Below are positions 13,800 to 27,200 of a DNA stretch of 64,000 nucleotides, one piece after another. The notes under the pieces were generated by a model, which worked only from the letters and a program-made list of their open reading frames with translations, ran no database searches and had not been told where the DNA came from. The stretch comes from Chrysomallon squamiferum (lineage: Eukaryota > Animalia > Mollusca). The stretch lies in contig CM022676.1 in NCBI GenBank assembly GCA_012295275.1, positions 7,316,001-7,380,000 of the forward strand. The letters are read 5' to 3'. The translations under genes and the position numbers were made by a program. The stretch's first letter is position 1, and the number at the start of each line of letters is the position of its first letter.

Positions 13800-14339
13800 T
13801 TTATAATATAGGCCTATTTGAAACAATGAAAGTGACTAAATATTAAAATATTTTAGAATTTAATTAAAACTAATATGTTAGAAATGTAAAAATGCAATAA
13901 ATAAATAAATAAACAAAATGTAGAAGATAACTTACCCAGCGTTTTGACGAACGCAAATAAATCAATAAATAAATAGTAGTAGTAGTAGTAGCGGCAGAAG
14001 TAGTAGTAACAACACCAGCAGTAATAGTAGCAGTAATTTTGGTAGTAATAGCAGTAGTGGTAGCAGCATAACAATAGTAGTGGAAGTAGCAAAAGTAATA
14101 ATGGTAACAGTAATAGTGATTGTAATTACATATATTTTCAAGATATAGACTTAGGCTCTGACGCAAAAAACTGACCTTCATAAAGTAATTATTTGATCCA
14201 TATATATACATTATTACATTTATTTATCAAGAAAAGTAATAATATTAATGCTAATACTAATGTAGGCCAGTGTTCTAATACATAACACATATAATATATG
14301 TGTGCGGTGTGTCTATATATAATTATGCGTATTATCAAT

Positions 14340-14436
14340 GATGCGGAATTAATCGAAGTCTTCCGAACACTGATTTAACTTCAAGTCACGTGAGTTCCAA
14401 CGCGAGGAAGCGAGACTTGATCATCGGGAGGTAGGT
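14340..14436 (+). promoter_or_regulatory. Probable PRDM10 promoter and short non-coding first exon
   Basis: CpG-richer patch with E-box GTCACGTGA 14385-14393 and donor GAG|GTAGGT at 14431. A candidate acceptor TTTTTCAG ends at 16243, before ATG 16288. Confidence 0.45.
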
Positions 14437-15899
14437 CATTTGTTGACAATGAATTGTTATGCCACAATTACTAAATTCTTTATAATATAAAGTAAGTTCA
14501 TAGTGTAAAGGTGTAAAAACATTACATTATATCGTCATTAGCATTTTAATATCGTTTTAATCGCTGCAAATAACTATTATGGGGCTAAACACGAACAATG
14601 GTCAGGAGGTCAAATTGCCCCCCACCCACTCTGGCTTTGTCGCCTTGGTACGTTCCTTCTTGGTATTATTCACTAAAAATGGGCCCGTCCTACCTTGGAT
14701 CATTTTGTTAAAGGGGTGCTGGTGAGATAAAGATGCTAGATTATTAGTTAATAAAAACGATTATTGCTTATTCTGACAGCTTCGAAATCAACAGAATTGT
14801 AGACAAAATGTCTGGTTGCTTTATTTGCATAATTTATTCGATAGTTCAACATGTCTAACGTCATGGCTGTATTCTTTTGTGTAAAAATAGTAGTTTTAAA
14901 CCAGAAACAGAACACACAATACAAATCAGTAGAGTTTTAATCTTTTGTAGACGACATTCAAGTTATATAAAATCTGAGAATAGTAAAAACTGTGAATGAC
15001 TCTTTTGATTGCTGTTTTTTTGTGTGTTTTTTTTTTTTATATACAACGATATCCTAGTGATGCAGTTTCGCAGTTTCTTTTTGCTTATCTTGTCATTTTT
15101 ACCCATTTCATTACAATGCAGTGCGCCATCCTTAACCCCCCTTTTAATGGAGACGTCAGTGTTTACGAAGTGTCTACTTTTTATAGGGGTACTCGAACAG
15201 CGGGTGCAACTTTTGATTTCGTTTGTAAATAGCTTTTACGATTATTATTTTTTTTTTATATTGATTTAGCTTTATGTCATATATTTATTTGTCTTTCCAA
15301 AATGGCTTCATGGTCAGGTTGTTTGATCTACTAAAACAACAAGATGTACTATTATTTATTTTCTTTTTCAAACTTCATTTACCCATTTCCTAATCTATTT
15401 TCCCTGTTAATAATTCTGTAAAAGTAAATTCAGTGGATTGTTTGTTTATTTTATTTAATGATTAATCAGATAATAATTAGTGAAAAAAACACAAACATTA
15501 TATAAACCATTTTTGATAAATAAATAAGAAAATTATTAGAAAGCTTTTCAATTATAAAATATATACAGAATTAATCATTTTATAAAACAAACAAATTTTT
15601 TTTTTTTTTTAAAAGCTCTTATCACAAATGATAATAATAATAATTAAGCAGGGGTAAAAAACAAAAAACAAAAACAAAACAATAAAAGGATGAAATTAGA
15701 AACTGAAAATTAAAATTTAGATTTATACAAATTAATGGTTTCAGACATTTTAATATTACCTTGAAAACTGATAATAAAATGTTTTATGTTAAGTTACCAT
15801 TTTCTACAAATGGTTAAATAATTTAAAAAAATCAAACCTTCTGAAGTAAAACAACAGTAATGTAAGAAACAAACGAAAAGTAGTAAATACACATTTTAG

Positions 15900-16243
15900 A
15901 TGATCATATTAAAGTACAAATTTTGAAATTCAGTAAATTTTTTCAGTAAATTCAAGTTAATTTTTCATGATTGTACAAAGGTACACAGCTTGAAATTCAG
16001 TGGCATGATTTTTCAGGGGTTTTTCGGTAAATAAAAGTTCATTTTTATTAAGGATAAATTTTGAAATTCAGTATGTAAAATGTTTCCATTCTTTCAGTAA
16101 ATACAAGTTCATTTTTCATGATTGTACAAAGGTACACATTTTGAAATTCACTGGCATGATTTTTTCATAGGTTTTTCAGTAAATAAAAGTTAATTTGTTT
16201 ATTAAAGAACATGTTTTGAAATTCAGTATGTACAATTTTTCAG
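15900..16243. repeat. ~70/140-bp degenerate tandem repeat ending at the PRDM10 first coding exon acceptor
   Basis: TTGAAATTCA...TTTTCAG...AAGTT repeated about five times. Confidence 0.7.
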
Positions 16244-16287
16244 AGGTGTTTAAGTATTCGCAGCCAGGTTTGTTGTCCAGTGGCAAA

Positions 16288-17160
16288 ATGGCTGACCAGA
16301 ACAACCAGGACAGTGACACCATCTGGAACCCCCCCAACCAGAATCAGTACGTTTCCGTGACAACATCATCACTTGATACATCATCAGTTGCTCCCAGTTC
16401 TGAACAGAATTATTCCAGAGCAACCACGGTTCAGGTAAACTTATTTATTTAATTAATTTAATTTATTTTATTTTATTTATTTTATTTTATTTTATTATTT
16501 TTTATTTTATTTTTATTTTATTTTTTTAAATGTTTAAAAAAATTTTTAATTTTTTAATTTTATTTTATTATTGTTTATTTATTTATTATTTTATTTTATT
16601 ATTAATTAATTTCATTATTAATTTATTTACCAAACATACAATTATATTTTTGAAAAATGTGTATACTGATATTAACTAATTTTCTCTGTCTCTCCTGTCT
16701 TTCTCTATCTGTCACTCCATATTTATTTAATTTAACAAATAATAACAACAACAACGATAATAATAATGAAAATCACACAAAAAAGAAAAAAGAAGAAGAA
16801 AAAAATTGATAATAATGATTTATAGTGGGCATGAGTGATTTTTTCTGAGAAGTGGATCACATGAAAAAATGGCTCATCATTAGGCAGGGTGTGCTACTAT
16901 TAAACATTATTTTCCTCATGAAATTAGGTGTGTCATCCAAAAAGCTTGGTGATCTGCAGTTTGGCCATGACTAGATTACAGTAATAATAATAATAACTAC
17001 ATAAAACACAATAACAACAAATATAACAAAAATAATAATGATTATAAAAAATAGGATCAGTATTGGTGGTATAGAAATAATAATAATAACAGTAGTAGTA
17101 ATAGTAGTAGTAATAATAATAATAATGGTTATAGTAATAATAGCATAAACTATTAAAAAT

Positions 17161-17195
<35 letters not shown>

Positions 17196-18188
17196 CATAT
17201 AGTGGATACTGTTAACATTGTTAACTGAAATAGTTGTGTAATAATAATAATAATGGTAATAGTAATAATAGCATAAAATATTAAAAAAAATAAGAATAAT
17301 AATAATAATAAATAATAATAATATAGTGGATACTGTTAACATTCTTAACTCAATATTTGTTTTAATATACAGCAGAAAACATTTATATCTATTTATTTAT
17401 TTATATATATATTTATTTATCTATCTGTCTGTCTATTTATTTATTTGTTTATCAATTTATTTTTCTGTTTATTTATCTAGTTATTTAACTATTTATTTAT
17501 TTATTTATGTATGTATTTCAGTCTTACGCACACTCTCAGTATGAGACGGCCGCACCTTCTCGCTACGACCCACCGCAGTACCAGGAAATCCGGCAGCACT
17601 ACTCCGGCAACTACAACATGGGCACAACGTCGCACACCACAGACATGTACCAGGCAGCTCACTCCACCTATGAGCGCATCTCTCCAGTTGAAGGTTATCG
17701 AGAAGTGACAGAAAATAACACGGTTTCTTCATATTCGACTCTGCAGCCTGTCCAGGCAGAGGGGAATCCCCTAATAGCAGCCCCTGTCGTAGACAGCAGC
17801 ACCCTGCACCAGGTGTTTGTTTACAATTGTTTACTGTTTACGAAATTAGAACGATTTTTGTGTTTGGAATTGATTACTAGATGAATAGACCAAGGTGTTG
17901 GTGTTTACAGTTGTTTACTAGATCAGTCAGATGTCGGTGTTTATGAATTGTTTACTAAATCAAGAGGTGAGAGTTTACAACTGTTTATTAGACCAGTAAT
18001 AACTGTGTTTATAATGTTTACTAGATCAACTAATTAAAATTTATAATTTAAAATTGTGACCATATCATTTGTTTGAGCTAAAAATTTTCATTTTTGTTTG
18101 TTAATATAATTATTATTTTATTTTTTTTGCAGTATAATACATTGAGGAGAGTTGAACTTTATCAGGGGGATGACAGGGTAGGTTTTAG

Positions 18189-18258
<70 letters not shown>

Positions 18259-18530
18259 TTTCTGTCTTTGTATATTATGTTTGTTTATCTATATTTTTTG
18301 CCATTATAGTTTATTACATTCAACTGTTTTTATCATTTTCATCATAATCATAAGCATTATACAATCATTTTCATTATTATTCTTTTTTCTTTCATGTTTT
18401 ATTTATTACATCATCATAAAAACCAGCCAGTTTTATGCCATTATAATTTCATTACATTAAAATGAATATTATCATTATCATTATCATTATCATCATCATC
18501 ATCATCATCATCATTATCATCATTATTATC

Positions 18531-18581
<51 letters not shown>

Positions 18582-21538
18582 TCAGACTGCTGGGACATCA
18601 TATGTAGTTGCTCAGGTGACGTCGATGCCATCATTTGTATCACACAGTGAGGTGAGCACATCAGGAGGGTCGCCGATCATGCCAAATGAGCAGAACATCG
18701 ACGATGCTGAAGCAAACCAAGCTGTCAGTTCCATTGGTAGCACACTGCACGGCGCTCTGATCTCACACTCTTCTCTCAAACAGGTAAACAACTGAGTCAA
18801 ATAGGTGTCTACACTGAGTTACTTGTATCTGAGTCATATAGGTGTCTGCACTGAGTTACTTGTATCTGAGTCATATAGGTGTCTACACTGAGTTACTTGT
18901 ATCTGGTTCAAATATATGTCTACACTGAGTTACTTGTATATGATTCAAATATCTGTCTACACTGAGTTACTTGTATCTGATTCATATATGTGTCTACACT
19001 GAGTTACTTGTATCTGATTCAAATAGGTGTCTACACTAGGTTACTGGTATCTGATTCATATATGTGTCTACACTAAGTTACTTGCATCTGATTCAAATAG
19101 GTGTCTACATTGAGTTACTTGTATCTGAGTCATATAGGTGTCTACACTAAGTTACTTGCATCTGAATCATATAGGTGTCTACACTAAGTTACTTGTATCT
19201 GAGTCATATAGGTGTCTACACTGAGTTACTTGTATCTGAGTCATATAGGTGTCTACACTGAGTTACTTGTATCTGATTCATATAGGTGTCTACACTAACA
19301 GTTACTAATCTGATTCAAATATGTCTACACTAAGAGTTTCTAATCTGATTCAAATATGTCTCTACACTAAAAATTACTTGTATCTGATTCAAATATGTTT
19401 ACACTAAGAGTTATCTGAATCAAGTATGTGTATAAAAGTTAGTTTATGTGATTCAAATACATATCCAACCTAAGCTATTTATATTTGTTTCAGATATATA
19501 TTACTTACATTTCATTCAAAGGTATATTAATACTAACAGTTACTTTCGTCTGATTCAAATATACATCAAGTCTAAGAGTTAATACATGGTTCAAATGTAT
19601 ATCTTAGAATTACTCATATCTGATTCAAATATGTATATACTCTAAAGTTAATACTTGATTCAAATATGTATCTGCTTTAATAGTTAATACTTGATTCAAA
19701 TATGTATACTTTAATAGTTAATACTTGATTCAAATTGGTATTGCTCTAAATGTACATTCAAATACACTAATAGTTAATCCTTGATTCAAATATGTATCTA
19801 TGCTAATAGTTAATACTTGATTCAAATATGTATGTACTCTAATAGTTAATCCTTGATTCAAATGTGTATCTATATTAAGAAAAGAATTACTTGTGACTGG
19901 TGTATATTTTTAAATACAGGAATCACTGGAACAGAATGGGGAACCAGACACAACACAAGAAGATGTAAATGACTACCAAATACAGCCACATGGTAAATAA
20001 CTGTTTTTGTTTATAGTTTAAACACAAACACATACACGCAGGCATGCATGCACACACACACACACATGCACACATGCACAGGTATTTATGTACATGTTCA
20101 TAAATATCAATAAATATATTAAAATGTGCTGAGATTTAGTAAAAATATAAAATTCATTCTTTAAGGGACATATCGGGGACTCTGTAACAAATATCAATAT
20201 TAAAATATATTGATTTATAGTTAAATAAATATTCATTCTTTCAGAAATACATTACGGATTTCAAATTCCAAATTTTCATACAGAAGTCACAAACAGCTTC
20301 TTAACTGGCATATGAAACATTTGTTCTATATCATTATATTATGAATTTTCCATGATAAAAAATTTAAAAACAAACAATCTCGCCTGTGGATTCCAGAAGA
20401 TAGTCTGTTGCATCTTATGTTAAGTTTGTCCCTTGATTATCTGTCAATGTCTTCAAAAGTCAAAAATAAAAATAAAAAGATTAAACTGTTTTCTCTCGTT
20501 CTGAAGATTTCACTGTTTCTAACTTCAGGATCTCGGACATACATACAACATTCAACAGCTTTAGAATCCGAGGCCCTGCACTCCACAATGAACTCATCCT
20601 TCAGCTCTTCCCCTGTCATAATGGACCCAACCATGGACAGCAGTCAGCTGCATTCAACTGTTTCCATGGATACGACAATGGACACTTCTGCAGATGTGGG
20701 TCTCAACTCATCCATTGATAGAAGTGTTGGCAGCACTGTCATAGGAAATACATGCCGCATTGGTATGTTATTGTTAATATTGTTATTTTTATTGTTATTG
20801 TTACTGTTATTGTTATTGTTATTTTTATTATTTTTGATATTATTGACATTTATTATTATTGTTATTACTGTTATTGTTGTTCTTTTTTTTATTGTTATTT
20901 ATATTATTAATTATATTATGAAATTAAGTAGAAATAATATTTGCAATGGTTGATAAATATGTTTGTTTTTGTTGTTGTTATTATAATTATAATTATTATT
21001 ATTATTATTGTTATTATCATTATATTTAATATTATTGTTATTATTATTACTTTCATTATTGTTATTATTATTATATTCCTATTATTATTTTTGTTTTTAT
21101 CAATATTATTTTTATTCTTATTATTATTATTGTTGTTATTATTATTATTATTGTAATTATTATTATTGTTGTTGTTATTGTTATTGTTATTATTATTATT
21201 GTTATTATTATTATTGTTGTTGTTGTTGTTGTTGTTGTTGTGTAGATCACACAGAAGACACAGATAATCTGGTGTCAGGAAGTGACTCTGCTCTAGAGCA
21301 GTCGTACGAATCTGCTGATGGAGAAAACAAAGAAAATGACCCACAGTCGACTCAGAGAGTGGTAAGAACACGTCAAATATACTTTATTTCTTCTTCCATC
21401 TGTCTGCCTTTCTTCCTCTGTTCTCTGACTATTATAGATGTTTAGTTATTAGAAAGTAGAAGAAGAAACTGAATTTTGATATTATTTGTATGAACAGCCT
21501 TTTAACAGGATTTATTTAAATGGATTGTTTGTCTGTGA

Positions 21539-21590
<52 letters not shown>

Positions 21591-21889
21591 GTTTCTCTTA
21601 AAACCAATCTAATATTTGAGCTATTTAAAACAAATGTAATTCTCATCTGTGAAATATGATTTTAAAAAAAATATCAAAAATTATTAAAATAAAATTTCAT
21701 TATTTATTTTCTTGTTTCAGGTGAGAAAGTCGAGCAGAATTGCTTTCCTGGATCAGGAACAGGCTTCGTCGTCATGGCGACCAAGGACTTACGTACCTAA
21801 ACCTTACAACCCAGATGAGCTGTGTAAGTTATGAAATAGAAAATTGTGATTAAAACACAGTAAACTGAAACCACAGTGACATGATTTTT

Positions 21890-21920
<31 letters not shown>

Positions 21921-24154
21921 ATCATCATCATTATTATTATTTTGTTTGTTGTTGTTGCTGTTATTATTATTATTAGTTATTTTTATTTTTTACCATTACT
22001 AGAAGTTTTTTTTAAATTTTTATCATCATGATCATCATTATTATCTGTCCCCTCCCTCATCCTCCATGTCTCATAATCATCATCATCATTTCTCTGTCTG
22101 TCTGTCTGTGAACCTATCTGTCTCTGACTATCCTCAGTTATCTCCCCCTTTCCTTCATCTCTCTGAGTTTCACCTTCATCATCATTGTTGTCATTATTAT
22201 TATTATCATTATCATCACAATCACCGTTATCATCTTCTTTATCATCATCATCATCATCATCATCATTACTTTCAGGGTGTGAGGAGTGTATGACAACGTA
22301 CAATACAGAATGTCCGTATCATCGACTACAAATGGTGTTAGATAAAGTGGTTCTGTCTCGCGCCTGGGCCAGTCTTCCAGCACACCTGCAGATATTTCGT
22401 CTGAGTGAGAGCGGAGGTACAGGTAAATTACCTTTAATTAGCAGAGTTAATTAAAACAGGTAAACAGATCTTTAAAGTCACGTTTCGTTATTAATAATTT
22501 CTTACCGTTGGTAGTCGTTATTAGTAGTAATTTTTGAATAAATGTAGATGATAAATTTTAAATTGTTATCAGTAATGTTTGAATAGACGCTGATAATAGT
22601 ACAGGTATGTTACCTTTAATTAGTAGATTTAATTAAAGCAGCTAAATGAGTATGTAAGGTCTTAATTCATTATTAATAGTTATTGGTGGTAATTTTTAAA
22701 TACATGTAGATAATAGATTTTAAATCATTATTAATAAAGGTTGTATATTTCTTGGAAATGTTCTTGATAATGTTTTGGTGTTTTATATATTTATTATATA
22801 ATGGTGTAAGAATAATTTTATAATTTAGTTATATAAATAAATAAATAAATAAATAAATAATAAATACCCCCCCCCAAAACTGTTACTTAATATGACAAGT
22901 TTAAAAGAAACATGAAAAACCTCACAAACAAAAACAAGAACAAAAGCATGATTTTAAATATCTTCCATTACTATCAGATATAATGCTTGAACAATTCTAA
23001 TAGATATGGCATGGTAAACACTATATCAGTTAATTATTATAATTTGCTTTGTATTTCTATTTTGCAGAGTTAGGTGTGTTTGCTAAACGACCGATTCCAA
23101 AGTTTACCCAATTTGGAGCTTTTGTTGGAGAGCTGGTTGATTCCCAGGACAAACTTGTGTCCCGAAAATTCCTCTTAATTGTAAGAATTATTTGGTATTT
23201 CTAATTCAGAATGTTTTTTTTTTACAGTTTTTTTTAAATTTGATTAATTTATCATTAAAAAGATACATATTTTGTTGACGGGGGAAAAAACAAAAAAATG
23301 TTCCTCTTGGTTGTAAAAATTATTTAGAATTTTATCTTGGAATTTTCTTACTCTTTTCAAAATTTTATTAAATTATTCTTATAAAGATACAGAATTTGTT
23401 GAAAAAAAAAGAAAAAAAAGAGATATGCCACTGAGTTCAATTTTTAATGCTTATGAAAATGCAGATATTGTGGAAAGGGAAAAAAAAAGAAAAGAAGATA
23501 TACCAGAAAGCTGGTTTTCTAAATTTTATTAAATTATGCTTATTAAAATGTTTTTAATCTCAGTTTTCATGAAAACGTGATCTATTTTTCTTTGTATGAT
23601 AATAATATATAACCTAATATGGTGGACTGTGTCAAAACCAGATTCATATGGGACCACTAGTATATGTGTATATTTATTTACCTACCACTGTAGTAATTCC
23701 CTTAGGATCACTTGTATGTATGTATATTTATTTATGTAGTAAATTTGTGTAATGTTAAACAACAGCTGGAGAAGCCAGATGGGACTGTTGGGTTTTTCGA
23801 GACTAGTGATGAAAACAAGTGTAACTGGATGATGTTTGTGAGACCAGCAACCAGCTTCACAGAGCAGAATCTTGTTGCCTACCAACACAAACAGGACATC
23901 TACTTCACAGTGACGAAAAACATTGAGCCAAAGCAAGAGCTGAAGGTAAAAGACTACTACACACTGACTGTTTTCTTTTACCAGTTTATATTAAAACTCA
24001 GAACAGATTCAGTATAATTCTTTTTTTCTCTGTCGTTTTGTTTGTTTCTGTCTTTGTTACTATATTTCTCTGTCTGTTTTGTATCCATATTCATCTCTGT
24101 CATTTCCTTTCTTTATCATACACATATTCTTTCTGTCTGTCTTATGCACATGCA

Positions 24155-24234
<80 letters not shown>

Positions 24235-27200
24235 CTCTAACTCTCTCTCTCTCTCTCTCTATTTCTGTTTCTCTGTTTCTGTCTCTCTTACACATACACA
24301 AACACTCTGTCTTTCTCTCTCCTTTTATTTTCACAGCAGGAAAATACAGTTGACCATCCAGTGTATAAAACAGTCACATAATACATTATTAATATCATCT
24401 GTTAAATTTATAATTAATACTCGGTAGCTAAATCACTGTTTGATTTAATTTTAGATTTCAAATTTACTTTGAGCCACTCTAAACAGAAAATATATTTCAG
24501 AAAATTACATTATCATTTGACATTTTTTTTAAATATAAAAGTAATAATATTAGTTAACAACTTATTAATTTAATTACAGGTTTGGTATGCATCACATTAT
24601 GCTGAGAGAATGGGTTTGTCTACTCTAGAAATAACTGAACAAGATATCGAAGGTAAGTCTTATATTTTCAAATGAATGAATGATACAGACAGACATAAAT
24701 GCAGGCAGAGATACAGACACAAGCACAGACAGCTATTATTGACTGACAGATAGATATGTGCCTGATAACACACACATAGACACACAGACAGACAGATATT
24801 CGCTAGTATTGGTCTTCTGTAAAATTGTGGCAACTGAGGCAAAAATCTCTGTAATGACTTTATGACTGTTGTTATCAAATATCAGCATAAAACTTTAATA
24901 AACACTTCAAAATCCAATAGTCAGGTTATTTAATGATCTTTGATACATGTCCTGGATCACTGGGTGAAATAGGAAATGGCTCAGGTATGATTTTAAAATC
25001 TGCTGTCGTATTGATTGTTAAATAAGTTGAATATAGGTCATTCTCTTTTTATTGAATTTTGTAGCTGCTTGGTCTGTTTCTCTTTGTATTGATTATTTTA
25101 TATGTAAGTGTGTGTCTAACATAAGATCCCTGCCTCTAATACAAGATTATTACTTTTACTGTTTACTAAATAAATTACATATCAAGTTACTCCAATTTTA
25201 TTTAATTTTGTAACACTGTCTTTGTCTGTTTGTTTGTATAGGTTATTACATGTGTACGTCTGTGTCTAATATATGATAAGACATTTTTTTTTTTACTATT
25301 TACTTAATAAATTGCATATGAAGTTACTCCAGTTTTATTTAAAATTATGACTGTATTTTTTGTATATTAGTTTTTGTTTAAGTGTTTATGTATGTAAGTC
25401 TATCACTCCCTGCATCTTACAACATGATTTTTAAAATTTTTATTCTATTTTACAGCTCTGGATGAACAGGACTGTAGGTTCCCCTGCTACGAATGCAACC
25501 GCAAGTTCAAGACATCGGTGCTGCTACAGCGCCATCTAGTGATGCACGAAGATGCTGGCCCCAGCAACGCCGATGATGATGACTACCACGCCTCTGATGA
25601 CCTGAAGAGAAATGTGTCATCCGTAAAGTCCAATTTAATACGCTCCAAGGCTAGAAACATGCGCAAGGTGAGTGTTGCATTGTGGGATAATGATTAAAGA
25701 ATTGTGGGATACTGATAGTGAAATGTGGGATATTGGTACATAATTGTGGGATACTGAAACTGAATTGTGGGATGATGATACTGAACTGTGGGATTTGAAG
25801 CATTATGGGATATTACTACTTATCATAGAATACTGATATTGAATTGTGGGATACTGATACTGAATTTTAGGGTATTGATAATGAATGATGGTGTTAGAGA
25901 ATGAACACAGTTAAATAGTGGGATTGAGGACAAGAGACTCCTGAATTATGGCATTGATAGAAAAATGGTGAATAAAGGGATTGAATTATGAAATACTGGT
26001 AATGAAATATGGTATTGATAGCAGAGAATTGTGGGTTGGAAAGACAACTTGATATGTGCAGAATTGAAAGTTGAAGACTTCTGAATTGTGCAATATTGAT
26101 ATTGAAAGTTAGGACTGACTGTAGAGAATTGCAGGTTTGAATGCTGAATGTTTTGGGATTGAATTATAGTCACAACTGAATTGTGGGATCAAATAAAAAT
26201 GGCTAGTGATTTATGGTATATCAGTGATGAATTATGGGATCGAAGGCAGAGAACTGTGGGATTGAATGAGAATGACTGTTTCATTTTATTATTTCATTTT
26301 ATTTCATTTCAGGATGGAGAAACCTCAGGATATCAGTGGAAAAAGAAATCAACCAGCATTTACCTCAACAAGTTAGTTATCTCCCTTTTAAGCATTCTTT
26401 TTTTGTTTTTTAACCACAGTATGTAATTTCAACTATATTGTAATGAATGGAAAACTACTTTAAAAAAACATATTTCAAAAGTTCCAATTCAATTTTAGAT
26501 TTTAATTTAGTACTGATACATATTATTAAAATTAACAAAATTATTTATAGTGGCTTTATTTAATTATAATCATCATCATTATTATTTTACTATTAAAATT
26601 TTATCATCATCATCATAATCATTGTTGTTGTTGTTATTATTATTATTATTATAATATATTTTTTACTTATTTCCTTTCCTTTCTTTCTTTATTTTATTTC
26701 TTTTCCCTGAAATTAGAAAAGTTGAGGAGATTCATCTTCCTTCTGAGTGGATTATTTTATAATTTAATGTAACTGCAGTAAAATTAGCCAAAATATAATA
26801 TTAATTTTATTTTTAAAGACTACTATTTACTTACAAGTATATGTATGTGATTATTATTACTATTAATTTCAAACTAACACACTTTTTTTATTATTTGCCA
26901 TATTACTACTACTACTATGACTACTGCATCTGTATGTATAATGATAATTATTATTATTACTATTTTCTTAGGACACTGAAGAAGTATCAGAGAAGAACAT
27001 GCAGCAACAAGATTCGACAGACAATCAAATCCCTGTACAAGAGAAAAGGCAAAGACAGTGGCGGGAACGAGTGGGTGTGCACCCACTGCGACCTCACCTT
27101 CGACAACTCCAACCTGCTCAACCTCCACACCCTCACCCACGCTGCTGAAGACGTTGCGCTGGACGAGATAAAAAAGTTCGCCGTCGACGTCAACTCCGAC

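Noticed and set aside
18790-19320. 37-bp periodic array resembling CRISPR repeat length
   Set aside because: No unique spacers, no cas genes, and it lies in a eukaryotic intron; it is a minisatellite.
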